Part shown: positions 34,691 to 42,564 of the stretch, piece after piece | How positions within the stretch are numbered: the first letter of the stretch is position 1 | How the letters are laid out: each line of letters starts with the position of its first letter | Assembly: GCA_039908535.1 (NCBI GenBank) | Contig: JAMOAW010000006.1 | Coordinates: 1,842-65,841 of the forward strand | Length of the DNA stretch: 64,000 nucleotides | Source: Magnetococcus sp. DMHC-6 | GTDB lineage: Bacteria; Pseudomonadota; Magnetococcia; Magnetococcales; JADFZT01 | Direction of reading: 5' to 3' | Position numbers and translations under genes: made by a program | Notes under the pieces: model-generated | Told to the model about the DNA's origin: nothing | Database searches by the model: none | Seen by the model: the letters and a program-made list of their open reading frames with translations, nothing else

Positions 34691-37018
34691 ATGTATCATA
34701 GATGTTTCGTTCATCTCTTCCATTTTTCTTGGCCAATGATCTCTACATATAAAATGACCTCTCTATTTATGCGTTTTTTTATAGGCGCATGCCTCTGCTT
34801 TTTTTTACCCATCGACCTTTTTGCTCACGGTCCAGGCCGGTCTGTTCGATTGGAAACCGGTTATTGCGGTATACATCCCGACTCTTTAGAACGCACGTTA
34901 AGTTTAACAGCTGAACAGAAAAAAACCGAATTACCCTTTTGTCTACGTTTAATTAACCTGGAAGCGTTCCCGTTGGCGGTTCGGCTACGGGTTTTGCCTG
35001 GAACCACACTTGCGGATGGCATGGATGTTTGCTCCTTGATACCCGACGGCGAAGAAAAATATTATCAGGGGGTGTTTAAAAAAGAGGATCAAACATGCAA
35101 AGAACTCTCCTTGGTGTTGGAAGCTGGCGCAACACAAAATATTTCCGGTCAATGGTCTTATCACCCCCCTAACCCAGATCCCTCTGGAGAGGGGCGTATG
35201 GTGCGTTGTCTGTTTGTCGATGGTCTCCCCCTTGACATCAATGGAGATCTCCACCAAAGCGGCGTTCATATCAAAGGTCAACGCAAGTTACATATGACCC
35301 GAATAGTTGGCAATCTGACCCATATAACCGATGCCACTCCTCCCAAAACAGATGCAGAGATTTGTAACCCAGTACCCCCCCTTTTATCCCGTCTTGAGGC
35401 AGAACAAAAACAAAAATCGTTACAAAATTCAAGTATGATGCCACCCATGGTTCCCACAACAATAGCCAAAAAAGAGATGACCCATCCCGGGTTACCGATG
35501 CCCTGGTTGTGGTGTGCCGGGGTTGGTTTGGCTTTGGTGGCTCTTTGGGGGAGTGTCAGACCTTTACCACAAAAAACGGAATCCATGACAATCCCCATGA
35601 CCCGCTTACCCATTTTAGGCGGATTGACACGTCTGTTTATGAAAACCCCTTGGCCATTTATTGTATTAAAAATCATCGCTGTCCTGTTATTTATTGAGGT
35701 CATCTGGACCGGTTGGGCGGGCACACAACAGGCTGGACAAAATTTAGCAACCGTACTGGTATGGAATTATTGGTGGCCGTTGGTGATCATTTCGGTGTTG
35801 CTGGTGGGAACGGGTTGGTGTGCCATCTGCCCCTGGGATACCTTGGCTACGGCATTGGTCTGGACACGCCTGTTTCGCTCCCCCAAAGGGTTTATCGGAT
35901 TGACTTGGAAAGTGCCAGGATGGTTACGCAATATCTATCCCGCCCTGTTTTTGTTGCTGGGATTGACTTGGATAGAGCTGGGGGGAGAGGCCACACGATA
36001 CCCTTGGTTGACCGCCAGTATGGCCTTGATCCTCCTGGGGTTGGCCATTCTCTCCTTGTTAGTGTTTGAACGCAAAGCCTTTTGTCGCTATTTTTGTCCG
36101 GTTGGTCGAACATTAGGAGCTTATGCCCGCCTCTCCCCTGTCGCAATCCGTCCTCTGGAGCAACATCGTTGCGATGCTTGTACGCGTTTGGCCTGTTTTC
36201 ATGGCACACCACAAGCCTCTTCCTGTCCTACCCATTTGACGATAGGGCGATTTTCACAAAATACCTATTGCATCTCTTGCGGACATTGCATCTTTTCATG
36301 CCCGGAAAAAAATGTCACTTGGCATCTGCGCAGCATGGGAGAAGAGGCGGCCATGGTAAGCCGTCCAGCATGGGATGGGGCTTGGTTTATGCTGGTTTTA
36401 CTTGGATTAACTCTATTTCATGGCTTTTCCATGACCGCAAATTGGGAAATTTTTTTAACCTCCATCGCTTTAACAATCGGCGAACGAGGCTCCTTAGGCA
36501 TAAGCTTTGCCTTGGGCATGGGAATTCTCATCCTGATGCCCATTGGGCTTTATGGGTTGACTGTGCATGTTATGAGAAAAAATTGGAACCCCGGGGGAGG
36601 ATACCGTACCCGTTTCGCCACCTTGGCTTTCGCCACCCTGCCCTTGGCGTTTGTCTATCACCTATCACACAATCTGGCCCATATATTTCGAGAATCCACC
36701 GATCTATGGCCTCTGTTATGGAATCCGTTGGGCCATCAAATGGCAGGAATGAACCACATGGCCATGATGATGAACCACATGACCATGATGAACCACATGC
36801 AAAGCCTCTCCATTGCAAGCATGGGGATGTATACGGTGCAAACCGTTTTGGTGGTCTTGGGAGGCTATCTCTCAATGCGCATTGTGCGGTTTCGGGTTGG
36901 AATGGGTTTGGCACAAGAGCAAAAAGGTTGGCAAATTTGGCCCATGACGCTCTTTGGACTGAGCATCTCCAGTGTCAGTTTATGGTTGCTCTCCCAAGAG
37001 ATGGTGATGCGATTTTAG
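34691..37018 (+). CDS. Polytopic membrane iron-sulfur protein (NapH/CcoG-like CxxxCP + 4Fe-4S motifs) with large N-terminal periplasmic domain and Met/His-rich loop
   Basis: Motifs seen are WCAICPWD, FCRYFCPVGR, CDACTRLAC and CISCGHCIFSCP. It is a paralogue of 59568-61130, with the same motif order and the same C-terminal ending (QEMVMRF vs QDMVMRL). The start is uncertain (34691/34736/34754). A signal-like segment ends at LFA|HG. Confidence 0.7.
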   Translation: MYHRCFVHLFHFSWPMISTYKMTSLFMRFFIGACLCFFLPIDLFAHGPGRSVRLETGYCGIHPDSLERTLSLTAEQKKTELPFCLRLINLEAFPLAVRLRVLPGTTLADGMDVCSLIPDGEEKYYQGVFKKEDQTCKELSLVLEAGATQNISGQWSYHPPNPDPSGEGRMVRCLFVDGLPLDINGDLHQSGVHIKGQRKLHMTRIVGNLTHITDATPPKTDAEICNPVPPLLSRLEAEQKQKSLQNSSMMPPMVPTTIAKKEMTHPGLPMPWLWCAGVGLALVALWGSVRPLPQKTESMTIPMTRLPILGGLTRLFMKTPWPFIVLKIIAVLLFIEVIWTGWAGTQQAGQNLATVLVWNYWWPLVIISVLLVGTGWCAICPWDTLATALVWTRLFRSPKGFIGLTWKVPGWLRNIYPALFLLLGLTWIELGGEATRYPWLTASMALILLGLAILSLLVFERKAFCRYFCPVGRTLGAYARLSPVAIRPLEQHRCDACTRLACFHGTPQASSCPTHLTIGRFSQNTYCISCGHCIFSCPEKNVTWHLRSMGEEAAMVSRPAWDGAWFMLVLLGLTLFHGFSMTANWEIFLTSIALTIGERGSLGISFALGMGILILMPIGLYGLTVHVMRKNWNPGGGYRTRFATLAFATLPLAFVYHLSHNLAHIFRESTDLWPLLWNPLGHQMAGMNHMAMMMNHMTMMNHMQSLSIASMGMYTVQTVLVVLGGYLSMRIVRFRVGMGLAQEQKGWQIWPMTLFGLSISSVSLWLLSQEMVMRF

Positions 37019-37038
37019 TTGGTTTTCAATACGATTAT

Positions 37039-37839
37039 TTACAAATCATGGCAGGTCATGCACAGGCCAGAATCGTCGTTAGAACGCACCAACGCGCCAT
37101 GTTTTTCGCTATATCCTTGATGACAAGAGATGCACCCAACCTTACCATCGGGCAAGACGACTTCGGTTGGTATTTGGTTGAGCGGACGATAGCCACCAAA
37201 ACTGGTTGCCTTTTCATATTCAACACCAATGGGGTGGCTACCTGCGCCCTCCTCATGTTTGACCAAACCGGCACTCATTTTTATTTTGATGGCCGCAGTG
37301 TCATCGTCGTGGCAGCCGACACATTGCAAAGAGAAAGAATCCAGGTTATCCCATTTTTCCTCTGTGGTCTCACTTCGGGCATCCAGGTGACCAGAATTAA
37401 CCATAGAGGCCCCACGATCGGGCATTTGATCAAAAAATGTCTCCGTATGGCAGGAAAGACAAAAAGGGAGGCCTTTTGTCTGACTTCGCATTAAACCGGG
37501 GGTGTTGGCGTGAATGAGATGACAAGAAGAACAGGTCATGTCGCCTTTCCAGTCCAAAGGAAACTCTTTTGGCAGCTCATGACGAGGTGAAAAACCAGAG
37601 GGATGACTTAAACGAATGGCATCTGGATGACAAGTGCTGCACAATTTTTCTTGGCTAGCCAACAACATAGAGCTGTTTTTGCCGTCCACTTTTTCAGCCA
37701 AATGACAATCGGTGCAATCGGCATCAAGAAGGTGTCCTTTTTTAGTAGCCGAGCTGTTAAAAACGACACCAATCAAAATGGCCAACGCAACCGGTACAAT
37801 CATTCGGTATATGATGACCAAATGGCTTGATATCCACAC
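37039..37839 (-). CDS. Heptaheme c-type cytochrome, membrane-anchored or secreted
   Basis: Seven CxxCH motifs are present: CTDCH, CSTCH, CSSCH, CLSCH, CVGCH, CISCH and CMTCH. The N-terminal hydrophobic segment is MIVPVALAILIGVVF. Confidence 0.85.
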   Translation of the reverse strand: MWISSHLVIIYRMIVPVALAILIGVVFNSSATKKGHLLDADCTDCHLAEKVDGKNSSMLLASQEKLCSTCHPDAIRLSHPSGFSPRHELPKEFPLDWKGDMTCSSCHLIHANTPGLMRSQTKGLPFCLSCHTETFFDQMPDRGASMVNSGHLDARSETTEEKWDNLDSFSLQCVGCHDDDTAAIKIKMSAGLVKHEEGAGSHPIGVEYEKATSFGGYRPLNQIPTEVVLPDGKVGCISCHQGYSEKHGALVRSNDDSGLCMTCHDL

Positions 37840-38027
37840 AGTGGTTTACCCCCAAAAAAAAGTTGGAGCAATGGCAAAGCCATTTCCCAAAAAAAAAAAT
37901 TCCTCAATGATGGGTTAATTATGACACAATATTATTTTTTTAGGTAGATGGCAATCTTAATGCCAAAAATTTTTATTTATCTCTTTTGATATTGATCCAC
38001 AATTGCAAGGCGAATATGAGCAAAGAT

Positions 38028-38068
38028 AAAACCCTGGGGTATGAATCCCTCAGATCCCCTCTTTTTTA
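38028..38068 (-). repeat. Family-1 element, reverse-orientation right-half fragment
   Basis: The sequence aaaaccctggggtatgaatccctcagatcccctctttttt matches the corresponding part of copy E. It directly abuts the next full copy. Confidence 0.75.
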
Positions 38069-38200
38069 TGTATCGGAAAAATAAAAATCAAGACCTTGGG
38101 GGGCGGAGAACCGCCCCCCAACTCCCCCCACCCTTTTTTTTAAATCTTAAAAAAAAAGAGGGGGTCTGGGGGATTCATCCCCCAGGGTTTTGATTTTTAT
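38069..38200 (+). repeat. Family-1 palindromic element, full copy (F)
   Basis: The sequence runs atgtatcggaaaaataaaaatcaagaccttggggggcggagaaccgcccccc...cccccagggttttgattttt. Confidence 0.9.
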
Positions 38201-38283
38201 TTCCTCAACCGATCCCATGCTGAATCGTAAATTTTTTAAATCCAGACCATCAAAATAATTCATGATAAATTCTTTGATTTATA

Positions 38284-38311
38284 TTGATGAAACCTACGTT
38301 TAGCCTATAAT
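38284..38311 (+). promoter_or_regulatory. Sigma-70-type promoter (TTGATG-N16-TATAAT)
   Basis: TTGATG at 38284-38289 and a perfect TATAAT at 38306-38311. It lies ~45 nt upstream of ATG 38356. Confidence 0.45.
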
Positions 38312-38355
38312 TGGGAATTTCAAAAGCATTAACTTTTTACCATGGAGTGACATAT

Positions 38356-38517
38356 ATGGCTACCCCTGCAAAAAAACCCGCTGCTGCCGCTGCTAAACCA
38401 GCCCCTGCCGCTAAACCAGCCCCTGCCGCCAACCAAAAGTCCACCGCTCGCCCTGCGGCAGCGGCTGCGAAGCCTGCGGCTACTGGCAAATCTCAAGCTG
38501 GTGCGAGAAAGCGTTAA
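38356..38517 (+). CDS. Small Ala/Pro/Lys-rich basic protein (histone H1-like low-complexity, 53 aa)
   Basis: GGAG precedes ATG 38356. The protein is MATPAKKPAAAAAKPAPAAKPAPAANQKSTARPAAAAAKPAATGKSQAGARKR. It is flanked by a good promoter and an intrinsic terminator. Confidence 0.55.
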   Translation: MATPAKKPAAAAAKPAPAAKPAPAANQKSTARPAAAAAKPAATGKSQAGARKR

Positions 38518-38554
38518 TTTTTACGCGCAATCCATAATTAGGTAAGTCAACGGC

Positions 38555-38596
38555 AAAAAAAACGGCCTTCAGGGAGACCTGAAAGCCGTTTTTTTG
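38555..38596. terminator. Bidirectional intrinsic terminator
   Basis: The sequence is A8-AACGGCCTTCAGGgagaCCTGAAAGCCGTT-T7. The stem is 13 bp with one mismatch and a 4-nt loop. It lies between convergent genes ending at 38517 and 38613. Confidence 0.7.
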
Positions 38597-38612
38597 ATAG
38601 AAGCATTCATAC

Positions 38613-39593
38613 CTAAATATAACTCTTATATTTGGAATCGGATCTTGTTGTATGTTGAAGAAACCACTCCACAAGAAAAAATTTCAAATCGACTGTGAAC
38701 AAAATATTACGCTCCTTTAAAAGTTGTTTCTTCAACTCTTCTAACTTGGAGATCAATTTTTGATGTTCTTCGATATGTCCATTTAATAATGGATATTGAT
38801 GTTGCTTTAAAATATTTTCTTCATGTTTAAAATGAGTTAAACAATACTGCGTAAGAAAATCAAGTATGTGATCCACTTTTTTCCAATCAGCGTTTTCTGG
38901 TTTTCTAACCTGAATATTTTCAACAAATTTATGAAAATTTAAAATTTGATCCAACAGTTGTCTATGTTCATGATCAATATGGGTATTTCCTGTAACCACC
39001 AGACGTTTTAAAAGTTGATCACGAAAGATGCTTCCACTTGTTTGGCTCTCCTTGGATTCATTAAGAGGGGGAACGACGGTTTTGCAAACAGCAGGAGAGA
39101 GGGATTGACCCAAAAAGGCTTTGGAATAACGCGTGTCCATCTGATTGATATGATCAAATAGCCATCCCATAACCAAATGCAAAAGATCAATCACATAAGA
39201 GACCGATTTTTGATGAATTTTTTCTTCTAATTCGAGCAAGGCCTGGACAAATTTTTGATGGGCACGGCGATGAATGTCCAGTTCAGTAAACTGATTTTTT
39301 TCCATAAAAACCTCTTCGGACCGAAAATGACGACCTGCATATTGTTTCAAATGGTCCAAAGTGGCTGTCAATGCCTTTATATCGCCTGGTTCTGGCGCAT
39401 GCATTTGTAATTTTTTGACATGGGCGTAGACTTCAATAATAATCTCAAGCAGCCCCTCATGTTCTAGTTGAAATTGAGGAACGGCTATGTTGCGCAATCT
39501 CTTAAAAAGATTTTTGCGAAAATCTTCAATGGCGGTATCTTGGAATAGTTTTAAATCGATTTTGTCCACAGACATGCCACTCTCCCCATACAA
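38613..39593 (-). CDS. Tandem (double) bacteriohemerythrin-domain protein
   Basis: There are two hemerythrin units, each with H...HF(R/K)xEE...H..H...(W)(L/F).(D/Q)H...D patterns (HFRSEEVFM...HRRAHQKF...WLFDHINQMD; HFKHEENIL...HIEEHQKL...WFLQHTTRSD). Confidence 0.8.
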   Translation of the reverse strand: MYGESGMSVDKIDLKLFQDTAIEDFRKNLFKRLRNIAVPQFQLEHEGLLEIIIEVYAHVKKLQMHAPEPGDIKALTATLDHLKQYAGRHFRSEEVFMEKNQFTELDIHRRAHQKFVQALLELEEKIHQKSVSYVIDLLHLVMGWLFDHINQMDTRYSKAFLGQSLSPAVCKTVVPPLNESKESQTSGSIFRDQLLKRLVVTGNTHIDHEHRQLLDQILNFHKFVENIQVRKPENADWKKVDHILDFLTQYCLTHFKHEENILKQHQYPLLNGHIEEHQKLISKLEELKKQLLKERNILFTVDLKFFLVEWFLQHTTRSDSKYKSYI

Positions 39594-39717
39594 AAGGAAT
39601 AAAAAATTTAAATTTTACATAGTTTGCATTCTATATAATCGCATTATTTTTCGATAAAATCAACCTTGATTTTTCCTTCGAAAGGATAGCTACCATCATG
39701 ATGACTTGTTTATCACT

Positions 39718-40503
39718 ATGAACACGGTTCGTTTTATTGCTCGATTGGATGTCAAAGCCCCTTATTTGGTCAAAGGAGTGCAATTAGAGGGCTTGCGACA
39801 ACTAGGAGATCCACATCGATTTGCCTGTGATTATTATGAACAGGGCATTGATGAAATTCTCTATATGGATATCGTCGCCAGCCTTTACGATCGCTCCAAT
39901 ATTTTGGATTTAGTGGAAAAAACCACTCAAAATGTTTTCGTCCCTTTAACGGTAGGAGGCGGGCTTCGTACCGTGGCGGATGTCGCACGTGCGTTACAAT
40001 CAGGTGCAGACAAAGTGGCCATTAATACAGCGGCCATCAAACGACCAGAATTGATTACTGAAGTAGCCAACCATTTTGGTTCTCAATGTATGGTGGTCTC
40101 CATAGAGGCCAAACGCAACACCGATTCCACTGGTTGGCAGGCCTATTATGACAATGGTCGGGAACCTACAGGCAAAGATGTCGTAGCCTGGGCCAAGCAG
40201 GCCGCCGACTTGGGTGCTGGAGAAATTCTTTTAACCAGTGTCGATCGCGAGGGATTGGGCAAAGGGATGGATGTGGCGTTGGTGGCTGCGGTAACCGAAC
40301 AGCTCTCTATTCCAGTAATCGCTTCTGGTGGGGTGGGTCGGGTAGAAGATGTTTTTACGGTGATTGAACAAGCTCATGTCCAAGCGGTGGCCATGGCGCA
40401 TGTGTTGCATTATGGCAAAATAGAATTGGAAAATTTACGACGACGTGCCAAAGAACGAGGAATCTCTGTCCGGCAATGGCAAGAGATCAACGAGGCATCA
40501 TGA
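39718..40503 (+). CDS. hisF: HisF-like imidazole-glycerol-phosphate-synthase cyclase subunit paralogue (sugar-amidination type)
   Basis: The sequences IARLDVKAPYLVKGVQLEGLRQLGDP...PLTVGGGLRT...SIEAKR...LLTSVDREG are HisF-like. It is located in a nonulosonic-acid locus rather than a his operon. Confidence 0.8.
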   Translation: MNTVRFIARLDVKAPYLVKGVQLEGLRQLGDPHRFACDYYEQGIDEILYMDIVASLYDRSNILDLVEKTTQNVFVPLTVGGGLRTVADVARALQSGADKVAINTAAIKRPELITEVANHFGSQCMVVSIEAKRNTDSTGWQAYYDNGREPTGKDVVAWAKQAADLGAGEILLTSVDREGLGKGMDVALVAAVTEQLSIPVIASGGVGRVEDVFTVIEQAHVQAVAMAHVLHYGKIELENLRRRAKERGISVRQWQEINEAS

Positions 40504-41144
40504 ACAACAAGGTCACAATCATTGATTATGGTGCTGGCAATTTATTAAGTGTTCGCCGAGCCTTCGAACATTTCGGTGCCCAGGTAACCATAGCCGATAC
40601 GCATAGTGCCATTGATGCCGCCGATCGCTTGGTCTTGCCAGGAGTTGGAGCCTTTGGCAAAGGGATGGAACAGTTGCAAAAACGACGATTGATCTGGGCC
40701 ATTCAAGGGTTTGCCACTCTCGGACGTCCGCTGCTTGGTATTTGTCTCGGAATGCAAATGTTGTTGGAAGAGAGTGAAGAGTTTGGCACTCATGCTGGTC
40801 TTGGCTTGATTCCTGGACGGGTGGTCGCGCTACCAAAACAAGATAAAGAGGGAAAACCCCTCTGTATTCCGCACATCGGTTGGAATGGGGTACTACCGCT
40901 GCACACTTTGTCCGATTGGCAAAAAACAGCTCTTGAAGGAACAAAAGAGGGAGAAAACTTTTATTTTGTTCACTCTTTTCAAGCGCAACCAACAGATCCA
41001 ACGCATGGTTTGGCCCATTGCCTATATGGTGGCTTGCCGGTTTGTGCCGTGATCCATCGCGATAATTTAACGGGATGTCAATTCCATCCAGAAAAAAGTG
41101 GTAAAAGTGGTTTGCGCGTCATTCAAAAATTTTTACAAAGCTAG
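40500..41144 (+). CDS. hisH: HisH-like glutamine amidotransferase subunit paralogue
   Basis: The sequences VTIIDYGAGNLLSVRRAFE...LPGVGAFG...GICLGMQML...VHSF...QFHPEKSG carry the class I GATase Cys-His-Glu triad. The ATG overlaps the hisF-like stop. Confidence 0.85.
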   Translation: MNNKVTIIDYGAGNLLSVRRAFEHFGAQVTIADTHSAIDAADRLVLPGVGAFGKGMEQLQKRRLIWAIQGFATLGRPLLGICLGMQMLLEESEEFGTHAGLGLIPGRVVALPKQDKEGKPLCIPHIGWNGVLPLHTLSDWQKTALEGTKEGENFYFVHSFQAQPTDPTHGLAHCLYGGLPVCAVIHRDNLTGCQFHPEKSGKSGLRVIQKFLQS

Positions 41145-41149
41145 ATATA

Positions 41150-41275
41150 CAAATCAAGACCTTGGGGGGCAGAGAACCGCCCCCCAATCTCCTTTAAAAA
41201 AAAGAGGGGGTCTGGGGGATTCATCCCCCAGGGTTTGGCCTTTGATTTTTTTTGCCCGCAAGGCATCATGTTCTA
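41150..41275 (+). repeat. Family-1 palindromic element, copy G (shortened centre, full right terminus)
   Basis: The sequence runs caaatcaagaccttggggggcagagaaccgccccccaat...gggtctgggggattcatcccccagggtttggcctttgattttttttgcccgcaaggcatcatgttc. It lies between convergent genes. Confidence 0.9.
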
Positions 41276-41307
41276 AACATAAAGAGAGAGGCCCCCTCTT
41301 GCCCCTC

Positions 41308-42513
41308 TTAAGCGGCGATATTTTGCTGTTTATTGTCATCTGTTTCCTGCCAAATGGCATGACGCAAACTCCAAACACCCTCATTTTTTTTCCAAAGATG
41401 ATCAGATCGCCAACTGTCGATCACCCGATGAAATTGTTCATCACTCAAACCACAATAGTCCAAAAAGGTTTGATAATATTTTTTGGTAAACTCTCCATCA
41501 TATTTACGCACCAACGCAATCCCCTCCTCACGGGTGATCTTTCCATCGCGAATCTCATGCGCCGTATCGGAGGTGGCCCGACCAATGCCAAACTTAATGT
41601 AGGCCAAATAATAATGAAACCCATCCAATTTATCATCTAAGCTGGCATATTTAGAGTAGGTTCCTTCGGTACGCTCTGGGTTGGGACGAAAACCGGTGTT
41701 TTCGGAGCAATAGTAAAAATTTTCCTGGGGATCCCAATATTTGTAATAACCAAAAAAGTGAATTTCCGTCTGATTACGCATGATCTGTGCAAACTGGGGG
41801 GCCATATAGGCATGCAGATTTTGCGGGGTAATGCCATGAGCCAACCAAGCCTCAGGAGGAATGCCAGAAAAATAGTGATCTTTATGATCGGTTATCTCAC
41901 GAGTAGGCCGAAAGGCGTTTTTCATGTCACCACCATATTCGACTTCCCCATTTTCGCCATACATAATCAATTGGATGCCATGCTGAACCGCCATACGCAA
42001 CGGAAAGTTGGTCTGCCCATAAATAAATGGTTGAAAGGGATCGCCGATAAATTGAAACGAAAGCCGGGTCATCAGTTGATGAATCTGACCATTGGGGCGA
42101 CCATAAATGTTATCAAAACCAGAATTAATAAAATTTTCCAGGTTTTGCCGCCCAATATCGGTGCTTAAATGGGGGGCCCAAGTAACAGTTAACGGATTCA
42201 TTCCATAAACATATTTCAATTGATGGGCAACAAAGCCACCATCTTTACCACCACTCACGGGGACAATAACATCATAAGAGCCATCGCTACGCCGATGTCT
42301 GTCACATAAAGCTTGCAGTTCCGCTTCGCGTTTTTCCCAATCCAAAGTTTTTTTAAAATCGGCATAGTTGCAAGCACTACACACGCCATTTTTATCAAAC
42401 GTAATGCGGGGACGTTGGTTGGAGATGGTGCAACGGGTACAAAAACGCACCTCTTTGGGTAGATTATATCGGGTGATGGTATCCTGTTTTTCTACAATAA
42501 AATTATCGGTCAT
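41308..42513 (-). CDS. N-acetyl sugar amidotransferase (PP-loop ATPase; WbpG/PseA-like)
   Basis: The N-terminal zinc ribbon is FCTRCTISNQRPRITFDKNGVCSACNY. The PP-loop is VPVSGGKDG. This gene is typically a partner of HisH/HisF paralogues. Confidence 0.85.
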   Translation of the reverse strand: MTDNFIVEKQDTITRYNLPKEVRFCTRCTISNQRPRITFDKNGVCSACNYADFKKTLDWEKREAELQALCDRHRRSDGSYDVIVPVSGGKDGGFVAHQLKYVYGMNPLTVTWAPHLSTDIGRQNLENFINSGFDNIYGRPNGQIHQLMTRLSFQFIGDPFQPFIYGQTNFPLRMAVQHGIQLIMYGENGEVEYGGDMKNAFRPTREITDHKDHYFSGIPPEAWLAHGITPQNLHAYMAPQFAQIMRNQTEIHFFGYYKYWDPQENFYYCSENTGFRPNPERTEGTYSKYASLDDKLDGFHYYLAYIKFGIGRATSDTAHEIRDGKITREEGIALVRKYDGEFTKKYYQTFLDYCGLSDEQFHRVIDSWRSDHLWKKNEGVWSLRHAIWQETDDNKQQNIAA

Positions 42514-42564
42514 GGTATACCTCTCGTGTTTGGTTTTTTAATAACCATATATTTTGTTTAAATT

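Noticed and set aside
36082-37494. 470-aa ORF on the plus strand
   Set aside because: It lies out of frame inside the well-supported Fe-S membrane protein gene (34691-37018). It then runs antisense through the heptaheme cytochrome gene. The composition is Arg/His/Gly-rich with no motifs, so it is treated as a shadow ORF.
5347-41275. Possibility that the G/C-tract repeats are a CRISPR array
   Set aside because: The copies are kilobases apart, occur in both orientations, are about 125-135 bp long with internal palindromes, and have no regular repeat-spacer periodicity. No cas genes are present in the window.
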